This document shows, piece by piece, positions 41,421 through 50,855 of a stretch of 64,000 nt of DNA; position 1 is the first letter of the stretch; each line of letters begins with the position of its first letter. The DNA is from Clostridia bacterium (lineage in GTDB: Bacteria; Bacillota; Clostridia; RUG12999): assembly GCA_045534775.1 (NCBI GenBank), contig JAZSKI010000008.1, forward strand, positions 4,820 through 68,819, in the 5' to 3' direction. Under the pieces are notes generated by a model. It did not search any database, was not told the DNA's origin, and saw only the letters and a list, made by a program, of their open reading frames with translations. A program made the position numbers and the translations under genes.

Positions 41421-42269
41421 ATGCTGTATTACGGGCTAATTGTACTTGCGACTATTATGTTTTCTACACAGTTTTTCTTAACGCAAGGGTATCAAAAATT
41501 GAGGGGTGACAGTCTGGAGGCTTCGCTGATCTATACGGCGGAGGGCGCGGTTGCCAACATTATTATGATGTTGATACTGTCAAAATTCAATATTGGGTTT
41601 TCGTGGTTTTCTTTTCTGGTTGCCATAGTTTATTCGGCGGTTCTTGTAACAAGTACATACTTTTCCATAAAAGCTCTTAAAACCGCTAATTTATCGGTTT
41701 ACTCAATGTTTCTGATGTTGGGCGGAATGTTACTGCCTTTTTTATACGGGATATTATGCTGTAACGAAGAGCTTACCGCGGGGAAAATTGTTTGCTGCGG
41801 ACTTATTTTTGCGGCAATGGCAATGACGGTTCAAAAGGGAAGTGCCAAAAAAGGAGCCATAAAATTTTATATTATTTGTTTCATTTTGAACGGACTTGTT
41901 GGGGTAATATCAAAGTTTCACCAATCAAACCCTGCGGCAGTAAGCAGTCAAAGTTTGCTGTTTATGGTTAACAGCCTGAATTTGGTGATTTGTTTTATTA
42001 TTTTGTGTATACATACAAAAAAGGCACTGATACCGCAAAAAAAAGAATTGAAATATTCCATGGGCGGCTCCCTTATTAACTGCATGGCAAACCTGTTTCT
42101 GCTGATTGCACTGCAGCGCGTTAACGCGTCTGTACAGTATCCTATAGTAACGGGCGGAACTATTGTTTGCTCTACGATAATTGCACTGCTACAACGGGAA
42201 AGGCTTGGAAAAAAAGAAATATTTGCCGTTATTGCGGCGTTTTTATCAACAGTTTTTGTTATAATTTAG
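41421..42269 (+). CDS. DMT/EamA-like multi-TM transporter (10 TM)
   Basis: 282 aa, two 5-TM repeats, no soluble domain. Confidence 0.45.
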   Translation: MLYYGLIVLATIMFSTQFFLTQGYQKLRGDSLEASLIYTAEGAVANIIMMLILSKFNIGFSWFSFLVAIVYSAVLVTSTYFSIKALKTANLSVYSMFLMLGGMLLPFLYGILCCNEELTAGKIVCCGLIFAAMAMTVQKGSAKKGAIKFYIICFILNGLVGVISKFHQSNPAAVSSQSLLFMVNSLNLVICFIILCIHTKKALIPQKKELKYSMGGSLINCMANLFLLIALQRVNASVQYPIVTGGTIVCSTIIALLQRERLGKKEIFAVIAAFLSTVFVII

Positions 42270-42608
42270 GTAAACAAAAATATGAACAGCTAACAACGAG
42301 ATAAAAATATTTTTAAAATTGGATTTTACAGGCGGGGCTTTATGCCTCGCCTTAATTATCCACGGGTTATATTTTGAGAGATGCGTTCCGTCATACCGTT
42401 TTCTCTGCCTGTAAACATATTGACGATTTGTTTTGTATCTGATAGCGGCCTTTATAACCTTGCGTTTAAAAAAATATTCAATTAAGACTTGACAAAACCT
42501 CTATAGTATCCGTAATGGACAGACCCCTTCTTAGTTTTTGGCGGTGCTTAAACTATAACAAAGACCGCATTTTTTAAAAAGATTCACAGCTTGATTTTGT
42601 GATAATTC

Positions 42609-42637
42609 TTGACTTTTAGTGGCGATTGTGTTATACT
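42609..42637 (+). promoter_or_regulatory. near-consensus orphan sigma-A promoter (TTGACT - 17 nt - TGtTATACT) reading antisense into the thioesterase gene
   Basis: -35 at 42609-42614, extended -10 at 42629-42637. No convincing downstream plus-strand CDS. Confidence 0.35.
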
Positions 42638-42751
42638 GTTAAATGCTGGAAGGTTATATTTTTTTGCTAAATATTCATACCCTCCTTTGCCATCTAAATA
42701 TTCTTGTACTACTTTCTTCTTAGACTCAAAGCTGTATTTCACCATGAAAAA

Positions 42752-42800
42752 ACCGACCTCCCAATCGTTAGATTTTTGGTCTAACTTTTGGGGGTCGGTT
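42752..42800 (-). terminator. intrinsic terminator of the minus-strand thioesterase gene
   Basis: Minus-strand AACCGACCCCCAA...TTGGGAGGTCGGTT followed by TTTTTTCATGG. Confidence 0.5.
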
Positions 42801-42814
42801 CAAATTCAAACTGC

Positions 42815-43225
42815 TTATTTATTATATATATTCTCGAATATTTTATATATTTCGGGAAAATGTTTTTTCATATTTATAGGCTTGAGATTTGTATTGGTGA
42901 AGGGGTGAAGGGTTGTACCTATATGGCGGATATGCTCCTCACCTTCTCTTTGAAGCACGTATTCAAGCTGAATTTTGGAGGGTGTCAAAAGGCTGATGGA
43001 GGTGGTTATCTCAACCCTGTCCTCGTACATAAAAGGGGATTTATATTTACAATTCACCTCGATAACAGGAAGCATTACACCCGCCTTCTCCATCTCGGAA
43101 TAGGGAAGACCTGCTTCTCTTATAAACTCTGTTCTTGCGACCTCGTACCATACGGGATACACGCTGTGATGAATAATACCCATTTGGTCGGTTTCGGCAT
43201 ATCTTGCCGTAATAACGGTTTTCAT
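42815..43225 (-). CDS. acyl-CoA thioesterase, hotdog fold (YbgC/4HBT family)
   Basis: 136 aa; ARYAETDQMGIIHHSVYPVWYEVARTEFIREAGLPYSEMEKAGVMLPVIEVNCKYKSP. Confidence 0.75.
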   Translation of the reverse strand: MKTVITARYAETDQMGIIHHSVYPVWYEVARTEFIREAGLPYSEMEKAGVMLPVIEVNCKYKSPFMYEDRVEITTSISLLTPSKIQLEYVLQREGEEHIRHIGTTLHPFTNTNLKPINMKKHFPEIYKIFENIYNK

Positions 43226-43507
43226 TCCGTTTACCTCCTTTTAATATAAAGCTTTATAGTAATATTAGGTGCAGTCAGCTGTGGACGTTTAAAGAATCAA
43301 CACTGCAGACACCTTCATTAAAATATACAGGGTGTTTTGTGCAGAAGCCGTACAAAATATGACCCTTGAGACATACCGCCGGAAAGCTCGTGAAAATACC
43401 CGCTCTTTGGGTAAACATCTGTTAACCTATTTGGCGTCTGAGACAGTTAATATTTCACTTGTTGCAGAGATGGAGTTGTGTTTTCGCGATTATTTCCTTT
43501 TTCTTAT

Positions 43508-44317
43508 TCACTTGCTGAAATTCCGTCCTTCAAGAGGAGACGGCAGATGGTCCGCGGGCGGTTCAAGAAAATTATATTTACCCAAAACCTCCAAAATAAG
43601 CCATATTGATACAGAAGCAACAATAATTGAAAATCCGCTCAGATACATATTTACAATCCCTGCTTCGTGAGCGAGAACAAAAGGCAGGTAGACGGCGATT
43701 TCAATCAATAAAGCTCCTAAAAGTGTCTTTTTTTCTCTGGTTTGAGTATATTCAAAATTCATAACAAAGTTGGCGAGAGTTCCTATGACGAGAGAAAAAC
43801 CGGTTACGGCAAGCAAAATATAATCCGAAACGGATCTCGACATAAACTCTTCTTTGGCAATATTATAAGATTCCACCGTTTCGGGTGTCATAGCGGCAAG
43901 CTCTGATTCTTCACCTGAAAAAACAAGCCCCATGGCGATGGAGAAAAACAAGGTTGTGCCTACGGTAGCCAAAAGCCAAAAAACGGCAGTTCCCAGCCCT
44001 ATGCCCAAGCTATCGCAAACAGCAATATCCTTGCGAATAATCTTGCTATAGAAATACCAAATAGAAAATTGCAGAGAAAGGGGCGTTATAACTGATGCAG
44101 TGGTAACGGCGGCTATGAAATTTTCCGAAATCATACCTCCGCTCAGCAGCGTGATTAAAAATATTAGTATACGGGCTGTGGCGGCTGTGGTAAAATAAGC
44201 CAAAACACCAAGCAGAACCGATTTAAAACTGATTTTTTTTGTTATCAAAAGATATACGACTGCGATTACAGGAATACTGACAATCAACGAAAATATTATT
44301 GACAGGGATGTAATCAT
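43508..44317 (-). CDS. hypothetical polytopic membrane protein
   Basis: 269 aa, 7-8 TM helices, no soluble domain. Confidence 0.4.
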   Translation of the reverse strand: MITSLSIIFSLIVSIPVIAVVYLLITKKISFKSVLLGVLAYFTTAATARILIFLITLLSGGMISENFIAAVTTASVITPLSLQFSIWYFYSKIIRKDIAVCDSLGIGLGTAVFWLLATVGTTLFFSIAMGLVFSGEESELAAMTPETVESYNIAKEEFMSRSVSDYILLAVTGFSLVIGTLANFVMNFEYTQTREKKTLLGALLIEIAVYLPFVLAHEAGIVNMYLSGFSIIVASVSIWLILEVLGKYNFLEPPADHLPSPLEGRNFSK

Positions 44318-44383
44318 TACTGTTCACCTCAAGCTTCATCTTTATATTAATTCCCGAAATTTCAACATTGCAGATCGGAAAAT

Positions 44384-45397
44384 TCAGCCTATTCTCCGCG
44401 CTACGAAAAATACTTTTTCGCTTTTTCTGACGGGTTCATCAAAAGTCAGGTCGTCATAGACCGCCAAAAGCTCAAACCCTGTCTTTTTCAGGAGTTTTTT
44501 AATTTCCGATATTTCAAAGGCCTTCTCATAATGGAATTCGGTATGCCTTGTGATATTGCCGTTTTCCGAGATAAAAAATTCCAGTTTGAATTCACATACC
44601 TTTTCATCGGGGTCGTAGCAATTTTCCCAGGTGTAATATACGTCTTCATCTTCACCGCAAAATATGTTTCCGGCAAGCACGTTTTCAAGCTTGTATCTTG
44701 TGTTAATGTCAAAGATAAACAAGCCACCCGGAACTAAAAAGGTATGGACGCCTTTAAGGGTCTTTTGAAGAGCCACCGCATCCTCAAGATAGTTTATGCT
44801 GTCAAGGAGCGAAATTGCGGCATCTACGGTTCCGAACAAATCCAGCTTCTCCATAGGCTGTTGTACGTATAATATATCCAGATTCTTTGCCTGCGCCTTT
44901 TCTGATGCCACGTTGAGCATTTCGCTTGAAATATCCACACCTATTACATCATAATCCGCTTCTGCCATAATGGTGGACATACCGCCCGTGCCACAGCCTA
45001 AATCAAGGATAATGTTAGGAGTGAAATGGAATTTTTTGAAAATCTTTTGTATATACTTAAATCTTTTGTCATATTCAACGTCCTGCGTCAATCGGTCGTA
45101 GACCTTTGCGAAAGAGGTATATTGAGTGGGGGTGGGATTGAAATCAATATTTTTTTCTTTAAAAAGCTGCTCAAGCCTTGTGAGAGCAAAGGGGCTTACA
45201 TCTGTCTGCCCTACGATTTCGGAATAGGGGTAGCCCTCGTGGAGCATCTTTGCCGCCACATACCGCTGAGTGATTACACGAGCTTCGTTTGAAGTAATGA
45301 GAGTTTCAAGAAGGTCACGAAGGTCCTCTTCGCTTTTTGTATTTAATATAAGCTGTAACAGCTCTTTAAGGGGTTTATCCAAACTTTTATTTTCCAT
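44384..45397 (-). CDS. class I SAM-dependent methyltransferase with N-terminal helical (YerC/TrpR-like) domain
   Basis: SAM motif ILDLGCGTGGMS...DYDVIGVDIS. RBS AGGAGG 8 nt before the ATG (MENKSLDK) at 45397. The ORF-track upstream extension to 45439 is unlikely. Confidence 0.65.
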   Translation of the reverse strand: MENKSLDKPLKELLQLILNTKSEEDLRDLLETLITSNEARVITQRYVAAKMLHEGYPYSEIVGQTDVSPFALTRLEQLFKEKNIDFNPTPTQYTSFAKVYDRLTQDVEYDKRFKYIQKIFKKFHFTPNIILDLGCGTGGMSTIMAEADYDVIGVDISSEMLNVASEKAQAKNLDILYVQQPMEKLDLFGTVDAAISLLDSINYLEDAVALQKTLKGVHTFLVPGGLFIFDINTRYKLENVLAGNIFCGEDEDVYYTWENCYDPDEKVCEFKLEFFISENGNITRHTEFHYEKAFEISEIKKLLKKTGFELLAVYDDLTFDEPVRKSEKVFFVARRIG

Positions 45398-45472
45398 ATT
45401 ATATCCTCCTGATAATACTGAATATATATAGTATACCACAAATACTTAAAAAGTGCAATACCAAAAATAAAA

Positions 45473-45507
45473 GTTATCGTTTGTTAACTAAGTTAACGAA
45501 CGATAAC
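45473..45507. promoter_or_regulatory. 35-bp imperfect palindrome (putative operator) in the divergent methyltransferase/yajC intergenic region
   Basis: GTTATCGTTtGTTAACtaaGTTAACgAACGATAAC: 9-bp outer arms and GTTAAC inner arms in inverted orientation. Confidence 0.35.
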
Positions 45508-45666
45508 CAAAGCGACAACCTTGGAGGGCCGGGTGCTTTTACGCGTTTTGACGGCTTTGGCAGGAAAAAAACATAAAAAATAAAAAAATTTTCAAAAAAG
45601 ACTTGATTATTTTGTAAAAAAGGGGTATAATATAAAGGGTAATATTATAGAAAGGTGGAAATAAAT

Positions 45667-46002
45667 ATGGGTTATTCATTTTTAGATGCGGCGGCAACAG
45701 GAGCACCGGTGGCTAATACTCCTATGGCTATGATTAGTTCCTTCCTGCCCTTCGTTCTGATTATAGTTGTTTTCTATTTCTTTCTCATCAGACCTCAGAA
45801 GAAGAAAGAAAAACAGACTCAGGAAATGCTCAATGCCATTCAGGTGGGCGATGATGTTCTTACAATCGGCGGTATTTACGGTACGGTTACAAGAATAAAG
45901 GATGATAAGCTTTTCATCAAGTCATCAAAGCAGGATGAAACTATCATTGAAATTGCACGTTGGGGCATAAAAGATGTGCTTAAATATGTAGAGGATAAAT
46001 AA
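45667..46002 (+). CDS. yajC: preprotein translocase subunit YajC
   Basis: TM then FLIRPQKKKEKQTQEMLNAIQVGDDVLTIGGIYGTV is the YajC signature. RBS AAAGGTGG. Confidence 0.85.
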   Translation: MGYSFLDAAATGAPVANTPMAMISSFLPFVLIIVVFYFFLIRPQKKKEKQTQEMLNAIQVGDDVLTIGGIYGTVTRIKDDKLFIKSSKQDETIIEIARWGIKDVLKYVEDK

Positions 46003-46038
46003 AAGACATCTTTCAAGTATGATTAAAGGAGAATTCTG

Positions 46039-46488
46039 ATGGATACATACAGAAGAAGCAATCGAAAGAAAAACCAACTGAATATTGATTTAGGTACGTT
46101 GATTTATTTTCTGCCCTATTGGATAGTAAGCTTTATTCTGGTGTTTGTACTGTTTATGTTTTCGGCTTTGGTTTATATGCTGACGCCGCTGTCGCAAGGG
46201 GCTTTGCCTGTTATAAGCAGGGTTATAATAACTGCGGTTGAGCTTTTAATAGCCTTTTGTGTGGGTAAACAGTCAAAAACACCCGGTATTATAAGCGGTG
46301 CTATCTATGGGATAGGCTTCACGCTTGTATTTCTTTTGATAGGAATTTTTTCGGGGGCACTCAAAATATTTTCTCTGGAACTTATTTTGATGCTTATTAC
46401 AGGTATCTTTCTGGGTATGCTCGGCGGAATGGTCGGCATGAAGAATACGCCTAAAAGGTATCGCAAAAGAAAGTATTTAATTAAATAA
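46039..46488 (+). CDS. hypothetical 4-TM membrane protein
   Basis: 149 aa, four hydrophobic helices, conserved position between yajC and SCIFF. Confidence 0.4.
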   Translation: MDTYRRSNRKKNQLNIDLGTLIYFLPYWIVSFILVFVLFMFSALVYMLTPLSQGALPVISRVIITAVELLIAFCVGKQSKTPGIISGAIYGIGFTLVFLLIGIFSGALKIFSLELILMLITGIFLGMLGGMVGMKNTPKRYRKRKYLIK

Positions 46489-46509
46489 TTTATAAGGAGT
46501 AAGATTGTC

Positions 46510-46647
46510 ATGAAACAGATTAAAACTTTAAACAGCAGTGTTTTAAAGAAGAGTCTTGCTAAAGGCGGCTGCGGCGAATGTCAGACATCCTGCCAGTCTG
46601 CTTGCAAAACATCATGTACTGTTGCAAATCAGAAATGTGAAAAGTAA
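46510..46647 (+). CDS. scfA: SCIFF (six-cysteines-in-forty-five) ribosomal peptide precursor
   Basis: 45-aa ORF MKQIKTLNSSVLKKSLAKGGCGECQTSCQSACKTSCTVANQKCEK, six Cys. RBS upstream. Immediately followed by its radical-SAM maturase. Below the ORF-track size cut-off. Confidence 0.8.
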   Translation: MKQIKTLNSSVLKKSLAKGGCGECQTSCQSACKTSCTVANQKCEK

Positions 46648-46730
46648 TAATGCTGATTACCCCTGCCTAACTAAGGCAGGGGATTTGGCTTGTTATTGTA
46701 TGAATTTTTAAAACGGAACGGAGAAAAATA

Positions 46731-48092
46731 ATGATACATTGTTATAGTATGTTTGATAACAATATAGTTATTGATGTCTACAGCGGCTGTGTGCATATTA
46801 TGGAAAAGCCTGCCTTTGAGCTTGCAAGGTTCTACGGCGAAAACGGGTTTGACAAGGAAGGCCTCAGCGAGCAGGCAATCGCCGCTTGCGGCGATATGCC
46901 GCGGGAAAGCATAGAAGAGGCATACAGCGAGCTGAAACAGCTTAAAGAGCGTGGAGAGCTTTTTACCGAGGATTGCTATGAAAGCGTTGCAGGGAATATA
47001 CGCAAAAGCTCGGTAGTTAAGGCGCTTTGCATACATATCGCCCATGACTGCAATCTGAGATGTAAATATTGCTTTGCCGACGAGGGTGCTTATAAAGGGC
47101 CGAAAGGGCTTATGAGTGCGGAAACGGGGAAAAAAGCGATAGATTTTGTTATTGAAAAATCCCATGGCAGAAAAAATATTGAAATTGATTTCTTCGGCGG
47201 AGAGCCGCTTGTTAATTTCGAGGTCGTAAAAAAGGTTGTGGAATATGCCCGAGAACAGGAAAAAATCCACGACAAAAACTTCAGATTTACGATAACCACC
47301 AACGGGTTGTTGTTGGATGACGACAAAATCGACTACATAAACAAGAATATGGCGAATATTGTTTTGAGCATTGACGGCAGAAAAAAGGTTAATGACAGAA
47401 TGAGAGTACGGGCTGACGGAAGCGGTTGCTATGATGCAATTATTCCTAAATTCAAAAAGGTAGCTGAAAGCAGAAATCAGGATAATTATTACGTGCGAGG
47501 GACGTTTACCCATAATAATCTTGATTTTTCCGAGGATGTTCTGCACCTGGCGGATCTGGGCTTTAAACAGGTGTCGGTTGAACCTGTCGTAGCGCCCTTT
47601 GATACGGATTATGCTCTGCAATATGAGGATGTGCCGAAGATTTGTGAGGAATATGAAAAGCTGGCGGCGGAATGTATAAGACGAAAGAAAGCGGGAGAAG
47701 GCTTTAATTTCTTCCACTTTATGATAGACCTTGAGCAAGGTCCTTGCGTTATTAAAAGACTCAGCGGTTGCGGCAGCGGCTGCGAATATCTTGCGGTGAC
47801 ACCGGAAGGCGATATTTATCCCTGTCATCAGTTTGTAGGCAATGAGGATTTCAAAATGGGAAATCTGGAAGAAGGCAAAATTGATATGGAGATGAAACAA
47901 ACCTTTGAAAACGCCAATGTCTATACAAAACCCGACTGCAGGAAATGCTGGGCGAAATTCTATTGCAGCGGCGGCTGTGCGGCTAATGCTTTTAATTTCA
48001 ACGGCGATATAAACGTCCCATACGATTTGGGATGTGAATTACAGCGGAAAAGGGTTGAATGTGCCATTGCAATTAAGGCGGAGATGGTATGA
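46731..48092 (+). CDS. scfB: SCIFF radical SAM maturase (SPASM-domain thioether-forming enzyme)
   Basis: CIHIAHDCNLRCKYCFA radical SAM motif. C-terminal SPASM Cys clusters (CGSGCEY...CHQF, CRKCWAKFYCSGGCAANA). Confidence 0.85.
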   Translation: MIHCYSMFDNNIVIDVYSGCVHIMEKPAFELARFYGENGFDKEGLSEQAIAACGDMPRESIEEAYSELKQLKERGELFTEDCYESVAGNIRKSSVVKALCIHIAHDCNLRCKYCFADEGAYKGPKGLMSAETGKKAIDFVIEKSHGRKNIEIDFFGGEPLVNFEVVKKVVEYAREQEKIHDKNFRFTITTNGLLLDDDKIDYINKNMANIVLSIDGRKKVNDRMRVRADGSGCYDAIIPKFKKVAESRNQDNYYVRGTFTHNNLDFSEDVLHLADLGFKQVSVEPVVAPFDTDYALQYEDVPKICEEYEKLAAECIRRKKAGEGFNFFHFMIDLEQGPCVIKRLSGCGSGCEYLAVTPEGDIYPCHQFVGNEDFKMGNLEEGKIDMEMKQTFENANVYTKPDCRKCWAKFYCSGGCAANAFNFNGDINVPYDLGCELQRKRVECAIAIKAEMV

Positions 48093-48244
48093 TTTTTCGA
48101 TATTGACTAAAAAAAATAAATTTTATTAAATATTTTTACTAAAATTTTACTTTCCCTATTGACTATTTGCCAAAAAAATTGTATAATATAAGGTGATTGA
48201 TTGTGAAGCGTTATACGCTTAGCATAACGAAGGAGGATAATAAA

Positions 48245-49546
48245 ATGAAGGCGAAAAGTGTAATAAAACTTGTACTTTCCCTACTTGTAATTGCTATTTT
48301 GATTCTTCTGACCGTTTTTGGTGTGAAGCTCGGCAATTATGAATTGAAACCTGCCTATGACGGCATCAAACTCGGATTGGATATTAATGGTGGTTCTTAC
48401 ATTGAATACCAGGCCATTGAAAATGTGGATGCTGCTGAAGGCGAAGAAGCTCCGCAAGGAGCAGATAAGAAAAATGTAACCACAGAAGAGATTGACACAA
48501 CTATTGCTATTTTAAGAGCACGTGCTGCATCTCAGGGTTATACAGAAGCAAATGTAATGCATAACGGTAACGGCAGATTCAGAGTTGAGCTTCCCAGCGT
48601 TGGCGATGCAAACGACGCATCCAAAATTTTGGGACAGGTTGCAAGACTGACCTTTGAAGACCCCGAAAACAACGTTGTGTTAGACGGAAATCAGATTAAA
48701 AATGCAACAGCTGCATTTAAGTCTATGGATGGAACAACATCTCAGCATCTTGTTGAGCTTGAGTTCACCGAAGAAGGTCGTGCAAGATTTGCTGAAGCAA
48801 CAGGCAGACTTGTAGGTCAGCAGATTTCCATTAAGCTTGACGGTGTAGTACAGTCTGCACCTACCGTACAAGAAAAAATTGATTCTGAAAGTGCTGTTAT
48901 TACCTTAGGTACAGGCGAGGATGTTGACCAGTATGCAAGACAGCTTGCAGGTCTTATCCGTTCAGGCCAGCTTCCCTTTGGTCTTAAAGAGGTTGGAGCA
49001 AGCTCCGTAAGTGCAACTCTCGGACAGAACGCATATCAGAACAGCTTACTTGCAGGTCTTATCAGTATTATCCTTATTGCACTGTATATGATAGTATTCT
49101 ACAGATTGCCGGGTATTATGGCATCTGTTTCGCTGGTATTCTACACAGTTCTTACAATTCTTATTCTCGGTGCCTTCGGTGTTAACCTCACCCTGCCCGG
49201 TATTGCAGGTATTGTACTTTCGCTCGGTATGGCAGTAGATGCCAACGTAGTTATATTCGAACGTATAGCCGAAGAAATGAAAAACGGAAAAACTCTCCGT
49301 GCATCTGTTGATGCAGGCTTTAACAGAGCGCTTACAGCCGTTGTCGATGCCAACATAACAACTCTTATTTCGGCAGGCGTATTGTGGGCACTTGGTTCAG
49401 GTACCGTAAAGGGTTTTGCAATAACACTCTTTATCGGTGTTGTAGTCAGCATGTTTACTGCAGTATTTGTAACAAAATTCTTTATAAAACAGCTTATAGG
49501 GCTTAACATAAAGAACAGAAAATTATACGGCATAGGAATTAAATAA
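48245..49546 (+). CDS. secD: protein translocase subunit SecD
   Basis: ATG 48245 with RBS AGGAGGA. N-terminal TM, periplasmic domain, C-terminal 5-TM bundle (GLAGLIRSGQLPF..., SLGMAVDANVVIFERI). Confidence 0.9.
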   Translation: MKAKSVIKLVLSLLVIAILILLTVFGVKLGNYELKPAYDGIKLGLDINGGSYIEYQAIENVDAAEGEEAPQGADKKNVTTEEIDTTIAILRARAASQGYTEANVMHNGNGRFRVELPSVGDANDASKILGQVARLTFEDPENNVVLDGNQIKNATAAFKSMDGTTSQHLVELEFTEEGRARFAEATGRLVGQQISIKLDGVVQSAPTVQEKIDSESAVITLGTGEDVDQYARQLAGLIRSGQLPFGLKEVGASSVSATLGQNAYQNSLLAGLISIILIALYMIVFYRLPGIMASVSLVFYTVLTILILGAFGVNLTLPGIAGIVLSLGMAVDANVVIFERIAEEMKNGKTLRASVDAGFNRALTAVVDANITTLISAGVLWALGSGTVKGFAITLFIGVVVSMFTAVFVTKFFIKQLIGLNIKNRKLYGIGIK

Positions 49547-49560
49547 GGAGGTGACTATAC

Positions 49561-50451
49561 ATGTTTAATATAATGAAAAACTTTTGGAAAGCATTGATTT
49601 TATCAGGTGTTATTATACTTGCAGGTATTGTCACACTTATAATAGGCGGCGGCTTCGAAACAGATATTGACTTCGCAGGCGGCTCGATGATGCAGATTAA
49701 CATAGGTCAGGAATTTGAAATTGCTGACGTTGAAGCAATCGTAACAGAAAAAACAGGCAAAAAGGTAGATGTAATTCAAAAAGCATCAGATGCTACTGCA
49801 GAACATCAGGTAATGTTTAAAATGGCAACACTTACTCCCGATGAACGTACAACTGTTTTTGAAGGTTTGAAAGAAAAATACGGCCTTGCTGATGAATCGG
49901 CAATACTCGCAAGCGATAATATCACCCCGCTTATCAGCAGTGAAATTATCTACAACGCATTGCTGGCAGTATTGATTGCGGTAATATTAATTCTTATTTA
50001 TATTACTATAAGATTCACCTTTGCTTCCGGTGTTGCGGCTATAGTAGCACTTATCCACGACGTGCTTATTATGCTCTCGGTTTACTCTATCTTCCGTTTA
50101 CCTACAAACGCGTCCTTTGTAGCGGCTATTCTTACAATTATCGGTTATTCCATCAACGATTCCATCGTTATTTTTGACAGAATCCGTGAGAATAAGAAAT
50201 TTGCGAAAAAAGGCGAAGGCTTTGTTGATACCTGCGAAAAGAGCTTGTGGCAAACAATGCGTCGTTCTATTAACACATCGGTTACAACAGCTATAGTACT
50301 TGTAATCCTGGCTGTGCTTGGTTCTGAGTCTATAAGAGCGTTTGTAATACCTCTTATAATCGGTGTAATTGCAGGTACCTATTCCTCCATTTTTATAGCA
50401 TCACCCGTATGGTGTGCTCTTGAAGGCGGATTTAAGAAAAAATCAAAATAG
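49561..50451 (+). CDS. secF: protein translocase subunit SecF
   Basis: GIDFAGGS..., IHDVLIMLSVYSIFR, GYSINDSIVIFDRIREN. Confidence 0.9.
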   Translation: MFNIMKNFWKALILSGVIILAGIVTLIIGGGFETDIDFAGGSMMQINIGQEFEIADVEAIVTEKTGKKVDVIQKASDATAEHQVMFKMATLTPDERTTVFEGLKEKYGLADESAILASDNITPLISSEIIYNALLAVLIAVILILIYITIRFTFASGVAAIVALIHDVLIMLSVYSIFRLPTNASFVAAILTIIGYSINDSIVIFDRIRENKKFAKKGEGFVDTCEKSLWQTMRRSINTSVTTAIVLVILAVLGSESIRAFVIPLIIGVIAGTYSSIFIASPVWCALEGGFKKKSK

Positions 50452-50465
50452 GGGTGACATAAGAA

Positions 50466-50795
50466 ATGAATAAGTTTTTGAAAATTTTTGATAAATATAC
50501 AGTATGTGTATGGGCGATTGTGATTTTACTTGTGACATCAATTACTATTGTACCCTTTGCCCCCGGTGCATTCACAATATTCGGTCTCAGAATACCGCTG
50601 ACACCCATACTTGTTATGCTCCCCATTCTTATGGGTATTGTATATGCAATTCTTGTTTCTTATGAAACACCCGCTATGACAGCTAAGAAGAAAAATATTT
50701 TCAGAATAGTGAAGCTGATAACCTTTTTACTGTTCTACGTGCTTACAATAGCTGTAATTGTTTATGCGGCAGTTAAAGGTATGATAAGATTTTAA
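50466..50795 (+). CDS. hypothetical small membrane protein (3 TM)
   Basis: 109 aa, hydrophobic. Confidence 0.4.
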   Translation: MNKFLKIFDKYTVCVWAIVILLVTSITIVPFAPGAFTIFGLRIPLTPILVMLPILMGIVYAILVSYETPAMTAKKKNIFRIVKLITFLLFYVLTIAVIVYAAVKGMIRF

Positions 50796-50855
50796 TTATG
50801 AGAAAAGGACCGTAACAGAGTTGCGGTCCTTTTTAAGAAATTACGGAGAAAATTT

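Noticed and set aside
42609-43249. Plus-strand ORFs 42609..42908 and 42788..43249
   Set aside because: They start inside or upstream of the promoter, lack RBSs, have low-complexity translations, and the second is antisense to the well-supported thioesterase gene.
46671-47900. 409-aa ORF on the minus strand
   Set aside because: Lies entirely antisense to the SCIFF radical SAM maturase, whose plus-strand frame carries conserved CxxxCxxC and SPASM motifs. Low-complexity translation, no RBS. Spurious.
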